A stretch of DNA of 64,000 nucleotides from assembly GCF_009914755.1 (NCBI RefSeq), contig NC_060927.1; one strand, 5' to 3'. Under the pieces are notes generated by a model. The model did no database searches. It was given only the letters and a program-made list of their open reading frames with translations, and was not told the DNA's origin. The position numbers were made by a program, and so were the translations under genes. Shown in pieces: positions 54,588 through 64,000 of the stretch; position 1 is the stretch's first letter, and the number at the start of each line of letters is the position of its first letter. Origin of the DNA: the human T2T-CHM13v2.0 reference genome, Homo sapiens.

Positions 54588-55605
54588 ATGGTCATTTCTG
54601 TATTTAGTTTTTCATGTTTTGTTTTCATTCTATATGTGTTTTTTTTTTTTATTTCTTTTCTCAGTAAGTCACTAAAATCCAGCAGGAACAGATTCACTAA
54701 AATTAACAGAGAAATGAAGTTAGATTTAAAAAGTTATCAGTGAATGAAACCGAATATTTTTAAAAAATATTTTTAGGATGTTAGAGTCATATTTGTAAGA
54801 TAAGAAAGCTGCTATAAAAAAGCAATCAGAACATTAAAAAGTTACAAATTAAAAGTGTAGTTACTACAATAAAACATACACCTAATGTAAGAGATAGTTA
54901 AGGAAACAAAAACAGCAGATTAAAAAAATAGTCATCTAGAAAAAAGAGTGTACCCCACATCATTTTTTTTATTTTTGTGGCAACTACGATAAGTTAACTA
55001 AAAATTTTCCTAAAATTAGAATTCATGTGACATACTCTTCAAAGGCAATAGATATGTAAAATACTTAGAAAAATATTAAACCATTTAAGTATTTTTTAAC
55101 TTCCAAAGTAAGCTTGAATTAAAGAGAAAACAAAGCTAAAGTTACAGAATATTTAAAATAAAAATATTTTAAGAATGCAACTAATCAAAACATATAAAGT
55201 AAGGTCTGAGCAGGGTTCCAGAGAAAACTTTTTTCAATACTTTCATTATAGAAGAAGAGACTAAAATATGTGAATCAAGCATTCAACAACTACAACAACA
55301 GAAAGAGAAAGAGAAGAGTGAATGAAATTAAAGAAAATTGTTGGATTCGTATGAAGAAATCAACAACTTTCTTCTGTTTAATGGAAAAAAAAATTAAGGT
55401 TTAAAAAAAGAATATTCCCATAGCAATAAAAACTGTAGAATTATTAAATTTTATCCAAATATACAAGACTTTTATAAAGAAAATTATAGTTTGTTACTTT
55501 CAGTCAAATTAAAGACCAGAATCAATAGATATGAGTATCTGAATGAAAAGAGTCAATAATGTGAAGTGTTGTAGTGTAAAGTGGTGTAGTCAATACTGTG
55601 AAGTG

Positions 55606-56027
55606 GTATAGTGAGCACTATGATGTATCATCCAGATTCTTCTTCAATGAAAGTGTCATTGCCACAGCTGCCACAAATGCTATGGAAAGACCACCTTAAG
55701 CTGTCACCCCCTTTAGAAGTTGCCATAGGTGAAAAAAAGCCTCTTTGCCCAAAACTATGTCCTTTTCCTAGTCCCTTACACTCAGTGACCAACTGATGAA
55801 GTAACTTAATCTTTTCAGCCCATCTCAGGACAAAACTGACTTGACATTCCAAGTCCAGAGTTTTCAATCTGTTGGCTGAGGCTGTCACTAGATCTGCAGT
55901 ACCTCATCTTCCTCCTCTGACCACTAAAGCTTTCATTTAGCTTCTTTTGCACAAAGATCTTCCTAATAAACATTGTGCACGCTGTCTCTGTGTCCAAGTC
56001 TCTTTCCCAGATAACCTAGTCCCTGAT
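55606..56027 (+). mobile_element. LTR16-family (ERVL) LTR
   Basis: cattgccacagctgcc...gttggctgaggctgtcac...cctaataaacattgtgcac...gtctctttcccagataaccta. Confidence 0.7.
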
Positions 56028-56498
56028 GGTTATCACTTCCTGTGAGGAATTTAACTTCTTCATTTTCATCAGTGAGTCAAAGAAAGTGAAGAAATCAAAT
56101 TCCAAAAGGAATTGGTATGGGAGTGGGTTTACATGCTACATTTAAAGTTTGTTTATTTGGAAGATTTATATGTTAAACTTTTGAAGAAAAAAAGTATTGG
56201 GGTGGAGAAGAGTAACACTTTAAAACCAAACATAAAAAATTCTTGAAAATTACAGTAGCTGAAACAGATACCAACACTGTAGATAGACAAATAGGTAAAT
56301 GAAAGAATCCAAAATCTTATCTATTGTATTGCTGAATATAACATATGATGATTTATGTCTTGAAAAGAAAAAGATGGACTATTTAATAAAGGTGTTGGGG
56401 AAAATATCTATACATATGGGGAAAAAAAGCTTTCTGGAAATTTTCTCAAATCGTACCCCAAATGAATTGCTAGATGGATTCAAAGACATAACAATATT

Positions 56499-56696
56499 CA
56501 GCTTGGCAACATAGTGAGATCTTGTCTCTATGCAAAAATTTGATAAATAAAAAAGTTAGATAGTTGTGGTGGTACCCATCTCTAGTTATATCTACTCAGA
56601 TGTCAGGCAGGAAGATTGCCTAATTCCAGATGCTGGTGGTTAGAGTGTGCTATGATCATGCCACTACATGCACCAGCCTGGGTGATAGAGCAAGAC
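56499..56696 (+). mobile_element. diverged, 5'-truncated AluJ
   Basis: ggcaacatagtgagatcttgtctcta...gctatgatcatgccact...cagcctgggtgatagagcaagac. Confidence 0.8.
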
Positions 56697-57107
56697 AGAA
56701 AGAAGGAAGAAAGGAGGGAGAGAGGGAGAGAAGGAGGGAGAAGGGAAGGGAAGAGAGAAAGAAAGAAAGAGAAAGAAGGAATAAAAAGAAAGAAAGAAAG
56801 AAGGAGAGAGAGAAAGAAAAAGAAAGAAAGGAAAGAAAGAGGGGGGAGGGAGGGAGGAGAGAGGGAGGGAGGGGGGAGGAAGGGAAGAGAAGGGAAGGGA
56901 AGGAAGGGGAAGGGAAGGGAATGGAAGGGAATGGAAGGGAAGGGAAGGAAAGGGAAGGCAGGGGAGGGGAAGGAAGGGGAGGGGAGGGAAGGGAGAGGAG
57001 AAAGAAAGAGAGAGAGAGAAGGAACGAGAAAGAAAGAAAGAAAAGGAAGGAAGGAGAGAGGGAGAGAGGGAGGGAGGGAGAGGGAAAGAAGGAAGGAAGG
57101 AAGGAAA
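56697..57107. repeat. complex (GAAA/GGAA/GGGAA)n homopurine tract forming the expanded Alu tail
   Basis: About 410 bp almost entirely A/G, directly after the Alu 3' end. Confidence 0.97.
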
Positions 57108-58067
57108 CTAAAAAAGATGTAGGAATTTAAAGCAACTATAAAATATGGAAGAATTTTTACAAATAATATTATGGAGAAATCTTTCCAAAAAATAAGATAG
57201 CAGTGTTAGAACTCTAAAAGATAAAAATTTAAATTTAAGTTTAATCAAATTTAAGACTTATGATTGCCAAAGAAAACCATAACTTCCACAAGCATGAAGA
57301 GATAAAGCACAGAAATTAGAAAATGTTTTTAAATCTTATAATAGATAAGTGATTTGCTTCCTTAAAATACAAAGCCCTTCAACAAATCAGTCTACCAACA
57401 TTATTCATTTTTTCTTGTCTGTCATAGGAAATTCATAGCATTTACAACTTTAATTGTGAATTTAAATCTCTATTAAATCCACAATAAATGTGTATAATTT
57501 CTGTGCATCTTTCCATCTGCACTCCAGTTGGTATTTATTTCTTAGTGGACCTGGGTACTCCATACAAAAATCTGAAATATAACCCGCATGTTTAGCCAGT
57601 GAATAATGGGCCATAAAGTTATTTTACCCAAGTCCAAATTTACTGATTTATCCAGGAGCTTCTTGAAGATATTACGCTAGGAACCAGGATTACTTTCCAC
57701 AAGGCCTTCTAGATACTTATTCTCAAGCCAGTATTTTGACATTCATCTGACAGTTTCTGAAGGCTGCTTTTGGGAAAATTTGTGCCTCCAGCACAGCTGG
57801 ATGCTAGTATATCGGTTTCGGTAACCCTTATCTAGGTAGCAATAGCCTTATAGATATAGAAATTGAGGAGTCAGCGATTGAAGGATTTTTAAGGAAATAC
57901 TAAGTGAGCTTCTGTTTGCTTTTTAGGAAGGCTAACCAGCAGTCCCTGAAACACACAGGAAAAGCTACACAATTTTTGAGATCACATCTTTATTTACATT
58001 ACTGCACTCTTTGTCTTTCTGTTTTACCTGAAACTCTGGAATCAACTGCATTTCCAGAATATATTCT

Positions 58068-58273
58068 TTATTAACAATTCTTTCTTATTTTTAATTTTTG
58101 TGGGTGTATATATGTATGGGATACATGAGATGTTTTGATACAGTCTTGCAATATGAAATAAGCACATCATGGAGAATGGGGTATCCATCCCCTCGAGCAT
58201 TTATTCTTTGAGTTACAAACAATCCAATTGCACTCTTTTATTTTAAAATGTATAAGTAAGTTATTATTGACTA
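58068..58273 (-). mobile_element. L1MA (L1MA1/2-like) short 3' end
   Basis: catcatggagaatggggtatccatcccctc...ttacaaacaatccaatt; 13-bp TSD cagaatatattct at 58055-58067 and 58274-58286. Confidence 0.9.
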
Positions 58274-58651
58274 CAGAATATATTCTCATAAAGCATATAC
58301 CTATGACACACAGTCCACTATTCCGTATTTTAGCACAGTCTTGCCTAAAAGAGCAGGAATCTAGGCACTTGATGTTAATGTTGCTGACCTGACACTCATT
58401 TATTGCCCTTTGGCATACCCCCAGGCCCAATTTGAAGCCTGTGATTAATATATAAACAGCTTCTGTTGCTGTTGACATTGAATTTTTTCTTGGCCTCCTT
58501 ATCTAGCCATTTGCTTTAAGCAACACATTCTTGTTACAACCTGTTAGTCCCATTATTTTTCTTAGTATAAATTATTAATGTGCTGTTAGACTAAAGTACT
58601 GTATCTGAACACTGATTATGCAGGACTGACACCATACTAAAACCTGTGAAA

Positions 58652-58905
58652 GAATAATAACTAATATTTGTTGAATGCCAACTGCCATATGACACTGTAC
58701 TAAGACCTTTGTATTTACCTATATTATTACATTTAATCTTCATAAAACCTATACAATGCGTATTAATAGCTTTGTTTACAGATCATGAATCTAAGGACAG
58801 AATTCAAATGACTTAGGCAAAGTTACAAAGCTTTGAATGTGAGAGTTTGAAATTTAAATCAAGGCCTCTCTGATAGAAAGTATCAGAGCATCATCTCCTT
58901 AAACC
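58652..58905 (-). mobile_element. MIR (MIRb-like), near full length
   Basis: aataataactaatatttgttgaatgcc...atttaatcttcataaaaccta...tttacagat...aatgacttaggcaaagttacaaagct. Confidence 0.8.
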
Positions 58906-60299
58906 ATTAGTGCTACCTCCTTTATTATCACAGCTAGAATAAAAATCTATCCCGTGGCCAACATCTTTCTGAAGGAAACATAGGTATTTATCTTTCCTTC
59001 AATTATATCTATCTTTCCTTCAGTGAAGTTCAGATAGTCACACTTCTAGACACTCTGTGACTTATTCTAGCTCCCCGTATTTTGTTCTTAGAGGTTGTAA
59101 GACTCTGGGTTCATAACAAACTAACACTCATCATAAAATGGTTTAGAATTTATTTCTTTATAGAAAGTTACTCTACAATATCCTTTTTATTCTTGATTAT
59201 AAAATATTTATGTCATATGTCAAAAATATCACAATTCTTAAGTAAAAAGTTATATTTCTTGTTGTTTAATTAAATCAAGATATGGGGCATTAATAACCAT
59301 TTTTAAACATTTTTTAAATTATTTATTTATTTTCCTTCTTTCTTCATTTCTTGCTGCTTCATTGCCACAGAAGCTAAATCCATTAACAAAGACTTAATCT
59401 TATTTCAGCCCTTTCTATTTTTTCTTTTCCCAATATTTTGACGAAGTAGGCTCAGAGAATTTTCAGTCCAACTCTTTTCTTTCCTGTCTTTTGAGTGTAT
59501 GCTAAGAACATGTATTCGTTACCTTTCTTAGGATCTGTTGTTTCATTTTTCATGAATTATTCTTTTGAAATATTTATGAAACACATCTTAGTACATTCAG
59601 TTTAAGTTCTGGCTTTCTAATTTTCACTTTGGTAATTGTTTGTACAGAGTTATCCACTTAGATACTTAAAGGACTTCAGAGTAGTGGGAAACTATGTAAA
59701 TTGAAAAAGGAAGTGTTTAACTGTAATTTTTACACTCCATTGTTCTTAATCTTAGTAGAAGAAAATAGAACATTGATTTACTTCAGAAAAACTTGTAAGA
59801 ACAGGAGGATAAACAGTGGTATTACTTTTAATAAGCAATACATATAAAAAAGATGTTGACTGTTTTTTTCAGTGAATTAATAAATTTCTGTATATAAAAA
59901 AGTTATCAATATGAATGGACTCAGTAATATTGTATTTTCTTTATTCTTGTAGATTGTTCTTCCTCTTTGATTCTTGACAGTAATCACATGCATCTCTTTG
60001 CATAATGCTACAAAAAGTTATTCTTATAACCACATCTTAAAATCAACTCAGTACTTTTGAAAAATACTTTTACTTAACTTAGTTTTACTTTGAAATTTGA
60101 TTTTATTTTTAACTTTGCTAAAACTGCAGTACGTTTAAATAAGGAGACTGTCTAATTTTGGATACATTAAGTTACTCTCTCACAACAATGAATTCATTAC
60201 TTCTTTTTAAGTAAGGTGGAAGCAATGTTTTATGCTATATTTTCTTGTTCAATCTGCTCTCAAATTATATATTTGCTGGTGATGTTGCACTTAAGTCAG

Positions 60300-60848
60300 T
60301 GTATTAGTCAAAGTTTTCCAGAATAGGAGAGAGAGAGAGAGATTTTGAGAATTGTCTCGTGTGATTATGAAGATTGAGAAGTTCCATGATATGCTGTCTG
60401 CAAGCTGGAAAATCAGGAATGCTGGGGTGCAATTCAGTCTCAAATGCAAGTCTAAAAGCCTGATAACCAGAGGGGAACTGATGGTCTAAATTCTGGTCTG
60501 AGTCAAAGGCATGAAAGCATAAGGGTGCATAAGAAATGGTGTAAGTCCTTGCCTGAATCCAAAGACCCATAAACCAGGAGCAATAATGTTCAAGGGCAGG
60601 TGAAGATGGATAGCTCAATGCAAACAGTAAGCGAATTTGACCTTCTTCTACCTTTTTTTCTGTTTGGACCCTCAACAGATTGGATGATGTCTACCAATGT
60701 TGGTGAAAGCAATCTTTACTCTGTCTACTGATTCAAATGCTAATCTCTTCCAGAAACACACTTAAAAATACTCACAGAAGTAATGTTTTACCAGCTATCT
60801 GGGCATCCTTTAGCTCAGTCAAGTTGATGCATAAAATTAACCATCACA
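60300..60848 (-). mobile_element. MLT2-family (ERVL) solo LTR
   Basis: Termini tgtattagtca...cagtcaagttgatgcataaaattaaccatcaca; TSD gtcag/gtgag. Confidence 0.9.
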
Positions 60849-60917
60849 GTGAGTGTTTTTATTTTTTCTTTGTTTTCCTTTTTTAACCATCACAACAACA
60901 GCAAAAGAAACTGTTAA

Positions 60918-61747
60918 CCCTTTTCCCAGTTAGAAACAAAATGCGCAGCTCACTGCCAGTGCTCATTTAATTTTACATAAACATGCTCTTTGAGGCTGAA
61001 GCAAATCTGACTGGTTTTATTTTATTTTATTTTATTTTTGAGTCGGAGTCTTGCTCTGTCGCCCAGGCTGGAGTGCAGTGGGGAGATCTCAGCTCACTGC
61101 AAGCTCTGCCTCCAGGTTCACGCCATTCTTCTGCCTCAGCCTCCCGAGTAGCTGGGACTACAGGCACCCGCCACCATGCCCAGCTAATTTTTTATGTATT
61201 TTTAGTAGAGATGGGGTTTCACCATGTTAGCCAGGATGGTCTCGATCTCCTGACCTCGTGATCTGCCCGCCTCGGCCTCCCAAAGTGCTGGGATTACAGG
61301 CGTGAGCCACCGCGCTTGGCCCCCTACTGGTTTTCAATTTGAAAATAAAATATACAAACTGTTCTTGGAGTTACTTCTAAACAAAGCTAACATCAGAATC
61401 ATCTAAATCATCACAACTGTCTACTTTGGAAAAATCAGATTCATCAAGTGAATCTTCAGCCAGCAACTGCTACAGAATGATGTTAACATCATGCATAGGA
61501 ATGCTACATGTTCTAGGATATGACGTTTACAGCGATTGAGGATTATTGTATTTTGGAAATGTAAATCCCACTACTAAAACCAGAATGCTATAAATAGAAT
61601 GATGTCTTTTGTTTCCAAAGTCGATATACTAGAAAGATGCAAAAATAATAATAAAAGTGAGATATTTTTGTGACAAAGTTATCTTGGGGTAAATGCTGCA
61701 GCTGCAAGCACCACTAGTGAGTATTCTTGGGGCAAATGGAAAAGGGG
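60918..61747 (-). mobile_element. MER75 piggyBac MITE, full length, interrupted by AluY
   Basis: TIRs cccttttccc...ggaaaagggg; TTAA at 60914-60917 and TTAG at 61748-61751; body ctctttgaggctgaagcaaatctgact and tttgtttccaaagtcgatatactaga. Confidence 0.92.
61019..61321 (-). mobile_element. AluY, full length
   Basis: AluY diagnostics; TSD actggtttt at 61010-61018 and 61326-61334 with 4 extra nt (ccct). Confidence 0.96.
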
Positions 61748-64000
61748 TTAGGCAAGTGTAATTGTTCCATTTCTATAAATGTACTGCATCAAAAAGGAGG
61801 AATTAGTCTGATTAGTATAAATATTAGAGGACCTACTTAGTATTTGAGAACAATTGGTGTCAGTGTTCCCAATTTTCAGAATTAAATGATCAATAAGAAT
61901 TCAATAAATATTTTTAGAATGAATGAATAAGATTAGTTTCTTCTGAATGAGCTTAATATCATGTGGGAAATGAAGTGTCTGACAGGCAGAGAGTAGATTC
62001 ACCTGAGATGTTGCTGCCTGCCTCCCTCAACCCACTGTTCTCTGCTGGAATGTGATCTAATTGATCTTTCCCTTTCACTTTACAGCCATTTTCACAAGTT
62101 GTAATAATTTTATTTATTGGTTTGTTTATTTTGTCTCTGCTACCCCTATTGTAAAGTAATATCCAAGTGAGTTATGGGCCATGTCTATCTTGTTCAAAAT
62201 TTCAGCTTGGTGAATGTAAAGATGAGGCGCTCAGTTAAAATGTGTTGATAGGATAAATTAGCTTCTGCACGGGTTCTTTTGCATCTCACCAGAAAAAGGA
62301 AAGTGATTACATAATTTTGTTTTCTAGTCTGATAGCATCTGTCTGGTCTGGTCTGTGCATCAAACTTGCCATGAACTCACACTGGCCATCAACTTCACAG
62401 GGTGTTTGCCATGACAATTACCCTCAAAAAACCTGAATATTTATATACTAGGTCAATTACTTCACTAAATATGTATCATTACTAACAGCTGTGAGCCTGG
62501 TACTGCTGAAAACTAGTTGCCTATAAACCATTTGGCACTCAGATTTTTTCATGTGGGAAAATTTGCATACAAATCTGGATTTCTGCTGCCTTTTCTCCCT
62601 GGGAACTTAAGGACCCCTAACTTAAGTTAGGAACTAAATTAAGGAACCCTAACTTTTTCATCCTTATTGAAATTTATACTGGAAAGCAATGTGATAAAGG
62701 GACTCAGTCTAATACTCATGTGAATGAAGGAAGAGTATCTTCTACAGATGTCCAAGGTAATATAGCTGAGAAAAAATATCCCATGGTTAACTGGGGTTTT
62801 TCTGAAGATGGGAGATTGAAGTTGTCGTCTATAAGAGCTGCTGGTTCTGTAGCATACCCAGTGGAAAATGCAGAAATTAGAAGAATGTTTGTAGGAGAGT
62901 ATAGACAGATGGCAATTTTATATTGTCTAAATAATAGTGCTTTATAAACATGTAGCTCATACCAGGTGGATCTTGAAAGATTTTTGGCCACAGGAACACA
63001 CACACAAAAGCCGACAATGTGCTCACCGTGTTCTTGACTGAGCTGTAACCCGGAGACAGTCATTTGCGCCTGGCTTCTCTCTACCTGCAGTGCCACTGCC
63101 AGAGTTAAACTCATAATCTGTCACTGCAGCTTTTCTAACTGCTTACTCTTTGGTGTACCTAGTCTTCCTGTTTGTAGTTAGATCCCCTTATTAGTCTTCT
63201 TCTCTATTGCTTTTTAAAATGGTAATTGACACTCCACATTAGCTTACCTTTACCTTCAAGAGCAATCAGAATTCATTAGCCTGACAAATAGGCCTCTACC
63301 CAGTGTGTCTGATTTTTATTTCTCTCCAGTTAATTGTATTGTGTCTTACCCTTTGTTGTGTCTCCTATAAATGTCAATTATTAACACATTTTTCAGCAAT
63401 TTGCAAACTCAATACTTTTTTTCTTAGACTTTGCCTGTTGCCATGCTATTTTTTTTTCTTTTCAGAGTTGCTTCCCCCTTCTTTACTCCGAAAAATCAAC
63501 TTTTGAGCTTTTTCTTAAATCCTATATCTCCTGGGAGGCTTTTTCTAACTCATACACAGAGATAGATATTCTGAAGCCTTAAATTTGTACCTTGGTCACA
63601 GTAAGTATCATCCATATTGTAATTCATTTGCTTATATGCCAATCTTCCTCCACTAGTCTGAGAAATGATTGATAAATTTTCACTGGCAACTACGTTATCC
63701 TTGTAAACCTGGTGTATTTGTTGATTCTCATCAAGCTTTTGTTAAATGAATAATTATCTTGAGAAGCCAATCCCTCATAAAATCCGGTAGTAAAATTTCC
63801 TAGACATCTTGGAAGAACACTTTTGGAAACAATGGTCTAGAGTATTCAAACCAAATTACATAATAAATTGTTAAAACAAAAATCTTACAGCAAGCATAGG
63901 TAGCATACAATCAAAGAAATAGGAATGCGGAAAAGGTTTGAAATAATTACCTACTGGTTTTGGAGTGTTATACCTTTTTTTTGGTAAAAACACTGACTGA

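Larger units (their letters stand above)
55380..57390 (+). mobile_element. ancient L1M ORF2 remnants, interrupted by LTR16 and an Alu
   Basis: gatggactatttaataaaggtgttggggaaaa, ctagatggattcaaagacataa and cttcaacaaatca resemble sense L1 ORF2. Confidence 0.5.

Noticed and set aside
56616-57130. 168-aa and 166-aa R/K/E/G-rich ORFs
   Set aside because: They are readings of the homopurine repeat.
45510-58888. Several 8-bp-stem hairpins (near 45510, 47482 and 58868) and scattered octamer motifs
   Set aside because: Likely to arise by chance in 64 kb of AT-rich DNA, with no supporting context.
62716-63114. Overlapping 132-aa (-) and 75-aa (+) ORFs in apparently unique DNA
   Set aside because: No recognisable homology or convincing splice context; the lengths are plausible by chance. 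BLASTp or PhyloCSF would settle it.

Overview
This is AT-rich, CpG-poor primate genomic DNA (probably human or great ape, given AluY and L1PA2-like copies), intronic or intergenic. I cannot support any host protein-coding exon, RNA gene or CRISPR array. Of the listed ORFs, those I can identify are Alu, L1 or LTR translations or low-complexity artefacts, and the rest resemble nothing I recognise. The window is mostly layered transposon fossils. The largest is an ~8 kb complete, non-coding ERV1-type provirus (5469-13424, minus strand) that keeps two LTRs, a 4-bp TSD, a tRNA-Leu PBS, a splice donor and a PPT. There are also solo LTRs (THE1, MST, MLT1, MLT2, MER21, MER34-like, LTR16), L1 pieces of several ages, about 14 Alu/FAM/FLAM copies, hAT MITEs (MER5, MER20, Charlie1), a piggyBac MITE (MER75), L2/MIR, and two ~0.4-0.5 kb homopurine/homopyrimidine tracts. 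I found no new multi-gene system. The most unusual observations are: (i) ~120 bp of nearby flanking DNA copied into the G-rich 3'UTR tract of an old L1; (ii) a young L1 whose ORF1 is fused directly to its 3'UTR, leaving an open 124-aa ORF1p fragment; (iii) an unexplained ~145-bp dispersed duplication; and (iv) a minus-strand bias of L1/LTR elements that hints at a plus-strand host transcript. Family and subfamily names come from my recall of consensus sequences and need Dfam/RepeatMasker confirmation. Boundaries without a TSD are approximate.
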